From assembly GCA_965214095.1 (NCBI GenBank), contig OZ243938.1, positions 1,792,001-1,856,000 of the forward strand: a stretch of DNA of 64,000 nt, read 5' to 3'. Shown here in pieces: positions 30,840-40,292 of the stretch. Both the position numbers and the translations under genes were made by a program. The notes under the pieces were generated by a model that was not told the DNA's origin, did no database searches, and saw only the letters and a list, made by a program, of their open reading frames with translations. Source of the stretch: Candidatus Poribacteria bacterium (lineage in GTDB: Bacteria > Poribacteria > WGA-4E > WGA-3G). The stretch's first letter is position 1, and each line of letters starts with the position of its first letter.

Positions 30840-33218
30840 TTAGGATAGTCCAAGATGTGTTGCGACATATTCGTCCAGCTTCGCAACCCATTCTTCAGGT
30901 GAACACACTTCTCTATTACGTACCATAATAACCTTTCCTTCTTTATCAATCAACACAATTGCTGGATATGTTCGTCCTGCACCAACACCAAATTGCTTTG
31001 CTAACGGACCATTCCAGTGACCACCATCATAAATGTGTCGTCCAATGACTTTATCCTCACGGACATAGTCCCGCAATTGATCTTCGTCTCGATACCCCAT
31101 AACACTGACACCAATTACTTCAAAACCCTTTTGATGATATTTTCGGTATATTACTTCCAGATCCTTCAGCATTTGATTCGGAAATCCCAAATAGAGCAAG
31201 GTAACTTTTCCTTGGAATGTTTCAGAGGATACAGGATTCCCATCTATATCGATTGCAGAGAAGCCTGTTACTATATCACCAATTCGCGTTGCTTCTGTCC
31301 TATTCACGTTTTGTCCAAGTAGAAACTGCCTATTCATAACAGAAATAATTGTACCATCTCGATCAATGAGCCACTGAGATGGAATCCTTTTGATACCGAA
31401 AAACCGCGCAATTTCACTATGCCACCCCTTACTATCAAAGATCTGTACCCACGGAATTTCATGTTCCTCAATATATTTCCGTAATTCGTCTTCACTGTCA
31501 TCTAAACTTATACCTATGACTTCAAATCCGTTCTTGTGATGTTCTTCATAAACTTCTTTAATATAAGGTATTTCAGGTTTACAAGGACCACACCACCATG
31601 CACAAAAATTGAGCAGGACTAAATTGCCACGGTAATCAGAGAATGAAATGGGTGTTCCATCAAGAGTAGTTGCAGAGAAATCGGGAAGTTGCAATCCTTC
31701 CCAAGCGGATTGTTCCCATCGGTATTCTGAATGTGGTTCCCACGGATATTTACTTGCCAATTCAATTTCACCTAATGTTTGGTAAATATCACCAAGTCCG
31801 CGCAAAGAATACCAGTCGTCAGGTTCTTCCTCAAGCTGTTGCTGAAAGGTGTTTTCTGCTTGATCAATTAGGGATCTGCTTCTTGCAATTAGTTCAGTGT
31901 TTCCTTCGGGATTTCTCCTCAGTTTGCGATAGATATGGCAAGCCGTCTTACCGCTCTTGTTGTAAAGTTCTGTAAGCCAATAATATAATCCGTTTCCATC
32001 TTGCTGCTGTGCCCTTTCAAACAATTTCTCAAGTGCTGGCAGCTCCAATTCGAACAGAATATTCTCATTATCATCGAAAGGATTATTATCACTACAAATT
32101 GCATAAAAGCACATTTCTGTGTCATTCGGCAATGACGCTATTGCTTGTTCAAGGAAGGGGTATTCTTTATCTTCAACAATAAGTGCTAATAACTTTGCTG
32201 CAGCCCCATTACTTGGCTGTGTTTCAAGTGCCTCTTCAGCGAATTCTCGCAGCCCCATACGCATATTTTTTGGAAACCGCGGAATGTACTCTGATAGATC
32301 CGCTGGCAACTTCGCCTGTCCATCAACAACACCAATTTCAATCCGCGTTTTGAAATACATCAGAAGTTGTTCTTGAACCTTGAGTGAGAGTTTCCATTTA
32401 CTACTCGACAATTCACGGTCATCAAGGGAATTGAGATAAGCCTCCCAAAAATCAACCTTTTCGGAAGTAGGATCCCCAAAATCATGGTGTTCATCTCTTT
32501 CTTGGAGTAGTTCTTTTTGAAACGCTGCAAGTTCATTATAGAAGGCAGTTCTACATCTATTAATCAACGCGTTACACTTTTCAATTAGTTCTCTCCGATG
32601 ATTTTCATCTTCTGGTTTTTCAGTGTCATCCTTAAGTTCCTGAAGTTTTTTCTTTGCCTTTCCATATACTGAATCTGGACTTCTACCGATTCTATTATAG
32701 GCAGACTTTGCATCTTGATAACGATCAGTTGTTCCTTCCTGTTTTGCCCATTCATACAAGTTTTCAAGAGCAGTGAGAAATCTTTCCTGCGAGTCATCAT
32801 TTCGTCTAACTGAACCAGAGTTTCTATAGTAGTCGTCAATAATGATAATATTCGCACAAGGATCTTTCGGTGCTAATCTCATCAAGGTTTCTATATGCTC
32901 ATCAGGGTCATTCTCAACACATGCGACAATTATAGCGGCAGCATTTTCTGGGTCTGTTGTGAGAAAATCTTTTGCTAATGTTCGTAGTTTTGATAGCAGT
33001 TCATCTGGAAACCGCCAAAAGTAATCGTAAAGACCAGGGGGAAGTGTGGTAGCACCATCAACAACACCTTCTTCTATCTTTTCTTTGAGATATGCGAGGA
33101 ATTGTTCCTGCGTCCCCTCGTCTATCTCCAATTCACCATTACCCGCTGAAAGTCCATAGTTGTCAAGTGAATTTAGAAAGGTATACCAGAAATCTGCTGA
33201 AGTGTATTTGTCCATCAA
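30840..33218 (-). CDS. Helical-repeat plus TlpA/redoxin protein (one WCGPC domain, one Cys-less redoxin domain)
   Basis: LPDFSATTLDG...YRG.LVLLNFCAWWCGPC..EIP; IPSQWLIDRDG; no signal peptide. Confidence 0.85.
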   Translation of the reverse strand: MMDKYTSADFWYTFLNSLDNYGLSAGNGELEIDEGTQEQFLAYLKEKIEEGVVDGATTLPPGLYDYFWRFPDELLSKLRTLAKDFLTTDPENAAAIIVACVENDPDEHIETLMRLAPKDPCANIIIIDDYYRNSGSVRRNDDSQERFLTALENLYEWAKQEGTTDRYQDAKSAYNRIGRSPDSVYGKAKKKLQELKDDTEKPEDENHRRELIEKCNALINRCRTAFYNELAAFQKELLQERDEHHDFGDPTSEKVDFWEAYLNSLDDRELSSSKWKLSLKVQEQLLMYFKTRIEIGVVDGQAKLPADLSEYIPRFPKNMRMGLREFAEEALETQPSNGAAAKLLALIVEDKEYPFLEQAIASLPNDTEMCFYAICSDNNPFDDNENILFELELPALEKLFERAQQQDGNGLYYWLTELYNKSGKTACHIYRKLRRNPEGNTELIARSRSLIDQAENTFQQQLEEEPDDWYSLRGLGDIYQTLGEIELASKYPWEPHSEYRWEQSAWEGLQLPDFSATTLDGTPISFSDYRGNLVLLNFCAWWCGPCKPEIPYIKEVYEEHHKNGFEVIGISLDDSEDELRKYIEEHEIPWVQIFDSKGWHSEIARFFGIKRIPSQWLIDRDGTIISVMNRQFLLGQNVNRTEATRIGDIVTGFSAIDIDGNPVSSETFQGKVTLLYLGFPNQMLKDLEVIYRKYHQKGFEVIGVSVMGYRDEDQLRDYVREDKVIGRHIYDGGHWNGPLAKQFGVGAGRTYPAIVLIDKEGKVIMVRNREVCSPEEWVAKLDEYVATHLGLS

Positions 33219-33297
33219 GATTCTCCTATATTTCGTTTTTAATTAATGCATAGATAGATGCTTGAAAATTAAGGATTTCTGTGAATGTTTAATGGTT

Positions 33298-36200
33298 CTA
33301 TAGGTTATCGGTTATAAGTTTTTCAAGCCTTGTCGCCCAGGCTTCTGTTGAATGGACCTTTCCATATCGTGCATCAACAACCTTTCCTACAGAATCAATA
33401 AGTATGAAAGCAGGGAGTAAAACTTTTCGACTTCCATAACCATCACCGAATCCAAACTGCTCACCCACAGCAGCATGATTTCCATCATGAACCGCGTAGA
33501 AGATATAGTCTCCTTGATGGTTTTCTCTGCGTACGAAGTCGCGCAATGCTTCTTCATCTCTCCAACCGGCAACGTTGAAGCCTATTGCCTCAAACCCATT
33601 TTCGTGATGTTTTGTGTATAGTTTGTCAATATATTCAAGTTCTGGTTCTTTGTGTATGTAACCAAAATAGAGAAGCGCGACTTTCCCATGTAAAGTACTG
33701 TTGGAAACAGCATTTCCATCTACATCAACTGCAGTAAAATCTGGAATCTTGTTCCCTATACGTGTAACTTCTGTCCACTTCACAAGTTGACTAAGTTGTT
33801 CTCCTCTTGTACGTATAGAGAGAATCTTTCCATCTCTGTCAATCAACCACTGTGAAGGAAGACTGCTTATACCGAAGAACTGTGCAAGTTCAGCTTTCCA
33901 CCCTTTTCCATCATGAAACTGCAGCCACGAGATCTCATGTTCCTCAGCAAATTCCTGCAGTTCTGCTTCATGCTCATCCAAACTGACACCTAAAACTTCC
34001 AATCCATTGTCGTGGTATTCTTCATAGACTTTCTTCAGATGTGGAATTTCTGGTGCACAGAAGCCACACCATTTCGCGCACCAATTTAACACCAACAGTT
34101 TCCCACGGTAATCCGAGACAGATATAGGTGTTCCATCAACAGCAACGGCAGAAAATTCAGGAAGTTGTTTCCCTACCCATGCTTCCTGTTTCCATCGGTA
34201 TTCAGGATGCGGTTCCCATGGATATTGTTGTGCTAATGCGGTTTCACCTAACAATTCATAGACATCACCAAGTCCGCGTAAAGCATACCAATCGTCAGGT
34301 ACGTCTGAAAGTCGTTTTTGGAATACCTGTAGCATCTGGTCTATCAAAGGTTTACACCTTTCAATCAGTTCCGAATTTGAATCAGGATTCTTCATCAGAT
34401 GCCGATAGATATGACATGGGGTTCTGCCTACTTCTTTGTACAGTCTTGCTAACCATTGATACAAATCGGCATCATTTTGTTGCATTGATCTTGCAAACAA
34501 TCGTTCAAGTGCAGTGAGTGTGAGGTTGAACAACGGATCATAGTATTCTTCGTATTTTCTTAAAGCAAAATAGCACGTTTCAGTATCGTTGGGTGCTAAA
34601 TTCATCGCTTGTTCAAGTAATATAAGGTCTCTATCCGATTCCCCATATACAACATTTTTACTCCCCCACACAATGATTGCTAATATCTTAGATGCAGCAC
34701 CGTTATCAGGTTCTGATTCAAGTACCTCCTCAGCAAACTCTCTGAGTTCCAGATGCATCGCATGCGGAAAGTCAGAGATGTAATCTTGTAAATCTGCTGG
34801 TAGTGTTGTCTTACCGTCAATCACCCCTGTTTCAATCTTGGTTTTTAGGAATGCCAAAAGTTGTTCTTGGTCATTCTGTGTGAGTCTTCTTGGTGGTGCA
34901 TTTTTACGGTTTTCAACCGATTTTAGATAGGCTTCCCATATTTCTGTATGGTCGGATTTTGCATCAACTAAATCTTGTTGATCTTCTGTCCACTTCACAA
35001 GTTGACTAAGTTGTTCTCCTCTTGTATCAACAGAAAGAATCTTTCCATCTCTGTCAATCAACCACTGTGAAGGAATACTGTTTATACCGAAGAACTGTGC
35101 AAGTTCAGCTTTCCACCCTTTTCCATCGTAGATTTGAACCCAAGGTATCTCATGTTCTTCAATATATTCTCGTAGTTCGGCTTCATTCTCATCTAAACTG
35201 ATACCAATAACCTCTAATCCTTTGTCGTGATGTTCCTCATAGACTTTCTTTAGGTGGGGAATTTCTGGTGCACAGGGGCCACACCATTTCGCGCACCAAT
35301 TTAACACCAACAGTTTCCCACGGTAATCCGAGACAGATATAGGTGTTCCATCAACAGCAACGGCAGAAAATTCAGGAAGTTGTTTCCCTACCCATGCTTC
35401 CTGTTTCCATCGGTATTCAGGATGCGGTTCCCATGGATATTGTTGTGCTAATGCGGTTTCACCTAACAATTCATAGACATCACCAAGTCCGCGTAAAGCA
35501 TACCAATCGTCAGGTACGTCTGAAAGCCGTTGTTGGAATGCATGTAGCATCTGGTCTATCAAAGGTTTACACCTTTCAATCAGTTCAACATTTGAATCAG
35601 GATTCTTCATCAGATTCCGATAGATATGACATGGAGTTCTGCCTACTTCTTTGTACAGTTTTGCTAACCATTGATACAAATCGGAATCATTTTGTTGCAT
35701 TGATCTTGCAAACAATCGTTCAAGTGCAGTGAGTGTAAGATTGAACAACGGATCATAGTATTCATCGTATTTTCTTAAAGCAAAATAGCACGTTTCAGTA
35801 TCATTGGGTGCTAAATTCATCGCTTGTTCAAGTAATATAAGGTCTCTATCCGATTCCCCATGCCTAACATCTTTACTCTCCCACACAATGATTGCTAATA
35901 TCTTAGATGCAGCTCCGTTATCAGGTTGTGTTTCAAGCACTTCCTCAGTAAACTCTCTGAGTTCCAGATGCATCGCATGCGGAAAGTCAGAGATGTAATC
36001 TTGTAAATCTGCTGGTAGTGTTGTCTTACCGTCAATCACCCCTGCTTCAATCTTGGTTTTAAGGAATGCCAAAAGTTGTTCTTGGTCATTCTGTGTGAGT
36101 TTTCTTGGTGGTGCATTTTTACGGCTTTCAACCGATTTTAAATAGGCTTCCCATATTTCTGTATAGTCGGATTTTGCATCAACTAAATCTTGTTGCTCTT

Positions 36201-36939
36201 CTGATTGTTGACCAACAATTTTTCGAAATGCAGCATTTTCCATAAGAACCAAATCTCTACATTTCTTAATTAGTTCTTTATATCTTTCAACATCTGGATT
36301 ACTTTCTTCTGGGATTTCAGAATCTTCAAGCTGTACCTGGAGCTGCCGAAGTTGATCTTTGAGTTGTCTATAAACTGTATAAGGGGTTACATTATGGAAC
36401 CAATAGAATGAATGTGCTTCCTGATAACGTGCTGAATCGTCCTGTCGTTTTGCCCACGCGTAAAAATTTTCAAGTGCCCCAAGGACTTTTACTTCTTTCT
36501 CGATGTCATTCCCAAAAAAGTGATTCATTCTATATTGGTCTATCGCTGTCAAATTCATACACGGGTCATTCGGTATTGGTTTCATGCTTTCATCTATGTG
36601 TGGGTCGTTTTTAGCATCCCAGCCTGAAATTTCCACAAGTGTGTGAAGTAAGCCTGCTACGCCGTTTTTCGGATCAGATTTTTGAAAACTATCGATTAAC
36701 CCCCGTGTTTTTGGTAGAATTTCTAATGGAAATCGCCAAAAGTAATTGTGTAGACCCGGAGGAAGTGCAGTTTCACCATCTGTTATCCCTTCCTCAATTT
36801 TTTCTTTCAGATAAACAAGGAATTTCTCCTGCATCTCCTCGTCCATCTCCAATTCACCTCTGCCACATGAGAGTCCTTCGTTATATAAAGAGTTGATAAA
36901 TGTATACCAGAAATCTGTGGAATTGTATGTATTTTGCAC
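33298..36939 (-). CDS. Large helical-repeat plus TlpA/redoxin protein with internal tandem duplication
   Basis: Two TlpA domains (WCGPC, WCGFC) and a degenerate third; paralog of 30840-33218. Confidence 0.85.
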   Translation of the reverse strand: MQNTYNSTDFWYTFINSLYNEGLSCGRGELEMDEEMQEKFLVYLKEKIEEGITDGETALPPGLHNYFWRFPLEILPKTRGLIDSFQKSDPKNGVAGLLHTLVEISGWDAKNDPHIDESMKPIPNDPCMNLTAIDQYRMNHFFGNDIEKEVKVLGALENFYAWAKRQDDSARYQEAHSFYWFHNVTPYTVYRQLKDQLRQLQVQLEDSEIPEESNPDVERYKELIKKCRDLVLMENAAFRKIVGQQSEEQQDLVDAKSDYTEIWEAYLKSVESRKNAPPRKLTQNDQEQLLAFLKTKIEAGVIDGKTTLPADLQDYISDFPHAMHLELREFTEEVLETQPDNGAASKILAIIVWESKDVRHGESDRDLILLEQAMNLAPNDTETCYFALRKYDEYYDPLFNLTLTALERLFARSMQQNDSDLYQWLAKLYKEVGRTPCHIYRNLMKNPDSNVELIERCKPLIDQMLHAFQQRLSDVPDDWYALRGLGDVYELLGETALAQQYPWEPHPEYRWKQEAWVGKQLPEFSAVAVDGTPISVSDYRGKLLVLNWCAKWCGPCAPEIPHLKKVYEEHHDKGLEVIGISLDENEAELREYIEEHEIPWVQIYDGKGWKAELAQFFGINSIPSQWLIDRDGKILSVDTRGEQLSQLVKWTEDQQDLVDAKSDHTEIWEAYLKSVENRKNAPPRRLTQNDQEQLLAFLKTKIETGVIDGKTTLPADLQDYISDFPHAMHLELREFAEEVLESEPDNGAASKILAIIVWGSKNVVYGESDRDLILLEQAMNLAPNDTETCYFALRKYEEYYDPLFNLTLTALERLFARSMQQNDADLYQWLARLYKEVGRTPCHIYRHLMKNPDSNSELIERCKPLIDQMLQVFQKRLSDVPDDWYALRGLGDVYELLGETALAQQYPWEPHPEYRWKQEAWVGKQLPEFSAVAVDGTPISVSDYRGKLLVLNWCAKWCGFCAPEIPHLKKVYEEYHDNGLEVLGVSLDEHEAELQEFAEEHEISWLQFHDGKGWKAELAQFFGISSLPSQWLIDRDGKILSIRTRGEQLSQLVKWTEVTRIGNKIPDFTAVDVDGNAVSNSTLHGKVALLYFGYIHKEPELEYIDKLYTKHHENGFEAIGFNVAGWRDEEALRDFVRRENHQGDYIFYAVHDGNHAAVGEQFGFGDGYGSRKVLLPAFILIDSVGKVVDARYGKVHSTEAWATRLEKLITDNL
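33768..36197. repeat. 1215-bp in-frame tandem duplication (33768-34982 / 34983-36197)
   Basis: Matching sequence at a constant 1215 offset (e.g. shadow ORFs 34128/35343 and 34589/35804); CTTCTG microhomology at the junctions. Confidence 0.9.
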
Positions 36940-37099
36940 GATTTACCTCCGATGTATGTAATTTCTTTCTAATATTATCGCACATTTTTGGCATAGTTGC
37001 CAATTGATCACAAATGAATCTGAAATCCGACTTAGTACAGCAATACGAACCGAATATAACAAACGGATTTTGTGATAGTTGGAAATACACATCCTGAAC

Positions 37100-37600
37100 T
37101 TATTTGAGAAATTGTGAACCCATTTTTAGCTTAATCTCTTTCCCTTTATCATCTAATAGAACCTGCTTCGGTTTTATCTCTTTGACACTAACTGTACCAA
37201 AGGTTTCACCTACTTTGACGGTTCTTAGCTGGTTTGATCTACGTTCTAAAATAATTGCCTCAGAATAGGCACTATTAGGATTAGTTGTCGTACCGATGAG
37301 AGTATATTCTGGTTCTTTTTTGGGTGGTCTCCATCCCAGACGACGAAAGATATTGTTGTTAACGATTACCTTGAAATAATCATCAGGACTTGTATTGTCC
37401 GTTTTTGTGTTTTTCTTTAGTGGGTGTTTGACAATATCTATCTTTTCAAGTTTTTCCTTGATAGGATATTCCACATCAACGTTTAGTTTGTTTGTGTTAT
37501 GTCTGTAAATAAACGCACTTATTGTGAAAATGAAGACAATGACGCAACCAGAGATAACAACATTTTTTATGGACATGGCGTTTAGAACCTTCCTTATCAA
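37100..37600 (-). CDS. Membrane-anchored protein with a GspC/PilP-like C-terminal beta domain
   Basis: N-terminal TM; NIF..LGW, YTLIGT...AII......VKVGE......VKEI....V.L. Confidence 0.55.
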   Translation of the reverse strand: MIRKVLNAMSIKNVVISGCVIVFIFTISAFIYRHNTNKLNVDVEYPIKEKLEKIDIVKHPLKKNTKTDNTSPDDYFKVIVNNNIFRRLGWRPPKKEPEYTLIGTTTNPNSAYSEAIILERRSNQLRTVKVGETFGTVSVKEIKPKQVLLDDKGKEIKLKMGSQFLK

Positions 37601-37933
37601 AGTTGTGTATTAGTGAGTTTGGCAATTTGGGAACAACAGGACAAATATTATGATATGTAACCTGTTACTATAGAGTCTTAATTGAAGGTAAAAGGTTGCA
37701 GAATTATGAGATAATTCCGATAACTGTTCAAGTTTTCCTTTATTTTTTCAATTCAATGGGTTATTCAGGGTGGAAAAGGGTGTAAACAGAGATCTAAAGT
37801 TTAGAGAATTTATGAAGATAACATAGAGCTTATATTGTAGATTAGGTTGAAAACTATTGTTCTGTCTACACTAATCTTGCATGTCCGAATGGACACTCCA
37901 CTATATTACCTTGGGGTGTAAAAGTGGCTACTT

Positions 37934-39610
37934 TCAATTTTCGTCTGAGGTGTGTTCAATTTCAGTGGGTTCTCCACATTTCGCTATCGCTTCCCTTGCC
38001 TCTAATACCTTCACTACAACTGTTTTCACATCTTCCTCATCTACAAACGGAGATAGGATGAATGATTTTAAGGCAACAATCGGTTCGCCATAAGTAGTTT
38101 TACGATAGCAGTCAGTTGTGGAGATGAAAACTCCTCTACCTTCCATCGCCTCAGAATTTACATATTGAAAGATTTCTCGGTTGTAGTTATTATGGGAAAG
38201 TAGACTATCACGATATATTGCATCCTCAAACTCTTGGCGTTTGATTTCAAAAGTATCCACACCGACTGGATATGCACGGAAGAGCGTAACAGTCCCGAAA
38301 TTTCCACGGTTCAGGACTGTTGTGCCTTCATGTCCTTCAAGGTGTTCGCGTAGGAGTTGTGTCATTTCAACGATATGTCCGATAATTGCCTGCAATCCTT
38401 TTTCCCCGAACAATTTAAGATTAGCAAGTGCAGCAAGCGGTCCTGTTCCAGAGCGGGAAGTCTCAAGCGTGAACATACCGGGACGATACTGTCCAAAATG
38501 ATAGAGATACGGCATTTGCTCAGCAGAACGTTTCAGTAAATTGAGATCAGACTGGTCTCTGACGAGGACAAGGCTTGAAATATAAGGTGCGAAACCCGTT
38601 TTGTGAAAGTCAATACCAACAGAGTCGGCAAGAGATATATGTTGGATTCTTCTGGAAGCCCCTGCTAAAGCCCGAATAGTGCGGGGACGGAAACCTAATG
38701 GATTCTGCTCAAAATCATAATTATTGAACACAGACCATGCCCATCCGATCACAGCGTCAGCATGAATATGTGGTTTATAGTCAAGTTTGAATTCCTCAAC
38801 AAGAGTTTCTCGCAGTGCAACAATACGCATTATATTGTCCAGACCAAAGGCATCGGTTGTGCCTAAGGTGGCGATAATAGCAGCTACCCTCTTGCCATCG
38901 GAGAGTGCTTGACGGAGTTCCTGTTCAAGTATCTCAAGATCAATCTCGTTTTCAAATGTTGTTGGAATAGTTATGAGGTTATCAGTCCCCATTCCAAGCC
39001 AACCTGTTATATTTGATGCACAGTAGTGTCCCGCGTCCGACACAAAAACAACAGCATTTTCAGGTGTTCCCTTCTTTATTGTGTCTGGACATGCTTTTTC
39101 TAACCCGATTTTCACGCCATAGAGAGTCGTTCCTGTTCCACCGAAGGTAAATACACCGCCAGAATGTGCTGGATCATAGCCAATCAGCTTTGATGTCATA
39201 GATGTGACTTCAACTTCCGCTAATGCAACTAATCTGCTGGACTCATCCCAACAAAGGTTCGGATTGTATAGAGATGCCAGGACAACTCCAATGAGACTGG
39301 GAATTGTGGTTGGACAAACTACATTCTGTTGCGTGCGTGGATGTCCAAAGATAGTCATGCCTTCAAGATAACTCACAAGTTCCTTTGTAACCTCTTGAAC
39401 TGAGGACATGTTATTTGGTAATGTGGACTTTTTTCCTTCCTCAAAATCCGCAGCGACCATGTTTCCGAGAAACGGCAGGTGTGTTTTGAGATCATCAACT
39501 TGGTCTAAGGCACGCATCATGGAATGTATAAAATATGAGTCGTGAATGGTGTTGGATATAGGTTGGGGAAATGCAAGTTTTATTTCTTCTAAAATGTCGC
39601 GATAGGTCAT
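37934..39610 (-). CDS. Group II PLP-dependent decarboxylase
   Basis: GVFTFGGT, HYC, ATLGTTDAFGLD, HIHADAVIG, ADS.GIDFHK (PLP lysine), TLETSR. Confidence 0.9.
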   Translation of the reverse strand: MTYRDILEEIKLAFPQPISNTIHDSYFIHSMMRALDQVDDLKTHLPFLGNMVAADFEEGKKSTLPNNMSSVQEVTKELVSYLEGMTIFGHPRTQQNVVCPTTIPSLIGVVLASLYNPNLCWDESSRLVALAEVEVTSMTSKLIGYDPAHSGGVFTFGGTGTTLYGVKIGLEKACPDTIKKGTPENAVVFVSDAGHYCASNITGWLGMGTDNLITIPTTFENEIDLEILEQELRQALSDGKRVAAIIATLGTTDAFGLDNIMRIVALRETLVEEFKLDYKPHIHADAVIGWAWSVFNNYDFEQNPLGFRPRTIRALAGASRRIQHISLADSVGIDFHKTGFAPYISSLVLVRDQSDLNLLKRSAEQMPYLYHFGQYRPGMFTLETSRSGTGPLAALANLKLFGEKGLQAIIGHIVEMTQLLREHLEGHEGTTVLNRGNFGTVTLFRAYPVGVDTFEIKRQEFEDAIYRDSLLSHNNYNREIFQYVNSEAMEGRGVFISTTDCYRKTTYGEPIVALKSFILSPFVDEEDVKTVVVKVLEAREAIAKCGEPTEIEHTSDEN

Positions 39611-39781
39611 CTTTTGTCCTTAAGTGATGTGTATTTTGTTAAAGTAAATATGTGCTTTGTGGATAGGATTAGACTTGTAAGATGTGTCTATGCATATTTC
39701 CTAAATATGATAACAGGTGACTGTGTGATTTTCAACGCGATTAAAGGATGAGATTTCTTATTTAGAAAATCGGAGAGTTAT

Positions 39782-39957
39782 CTTTTAGACATTAATGGTT
39801 TGTTCTACAGAAAGAAGAATGGCAGATAAAACCTTGTAGTGAAAGGCTCTTAAGGTCTTCAAAAGACATCTGAAATATCTAATAACAATGCTAACTGTCC
39901 GGAATATTCTTCAGAAAATTCAGGCATATTTGATAATATTCTGTTAATGTCTAAAAG
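39782..39957. mobile_element. Putative 176-bp MITE
   Basis: Perfect 14-bp terminal IR CTTTTAGACATTAA / TTAATGTCTAAAAG; no target duplication seen. Confidence 0.5.
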
Positions 39958-40028
39958 GTGTGTCTATGGTATTCTTTGAGAGGAAAATAGATTTATAATT
40001 TCTGCAATTTTAGGTTCTAGAGAGAAAT

Positions 40029-40292
40029 TTAGTTTTGTTCGTATACAACTGATCGATGTCGAATTCTCAAGATTTTAATCGTTTTCTTTTCTTCATCAAG
40101 AGTGTAGATAACTCTGTAATTTCCACAGCGTAGACTGAACTGACCTTCAAAGGCATATTTCAACGGTTTATGGACATATTGGCCACAATTTTCACTGAGC
40201 CATTTTAGTTTCTTGGTTATTTGCTCTTGTATATTGACTACCAAAAGATTTAGATCCAGTTTAGCGTTTGGAGTCATTATCAACTCATACAT
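40029..40292 (-). CDS. RelE/ParE-family toxin
   Basis: MYELI.T..A..DL..L....QEQI.KKL..L, HKPL, FSLR.GNYRVIY, I.I..I.HRS.VY. Confidence 0.9.
   Translation of the reverse strand: MYELIMTPNAKLDLNLLVVNIQEQITKKLKWLSENCGQYVHKPLKYAFEGQFSLRCGNYRVIYTLDEEKKTIKILRIRHRSVVYEQN

Noticed and set aside
30840-36939. Selenocysteine recoding in the redoxin motifs
   Set aside because: All CxxC motifs are read through as Cys with no in-frame TGA; the ORFs are uninterrupted
33298-36939. Diversity-generating retroelement template/variable repeat
   Set aside because: Differences between the copies do not appear adenine-specific, both copies are in-frame coding, and no reverse transcriptase is in the window
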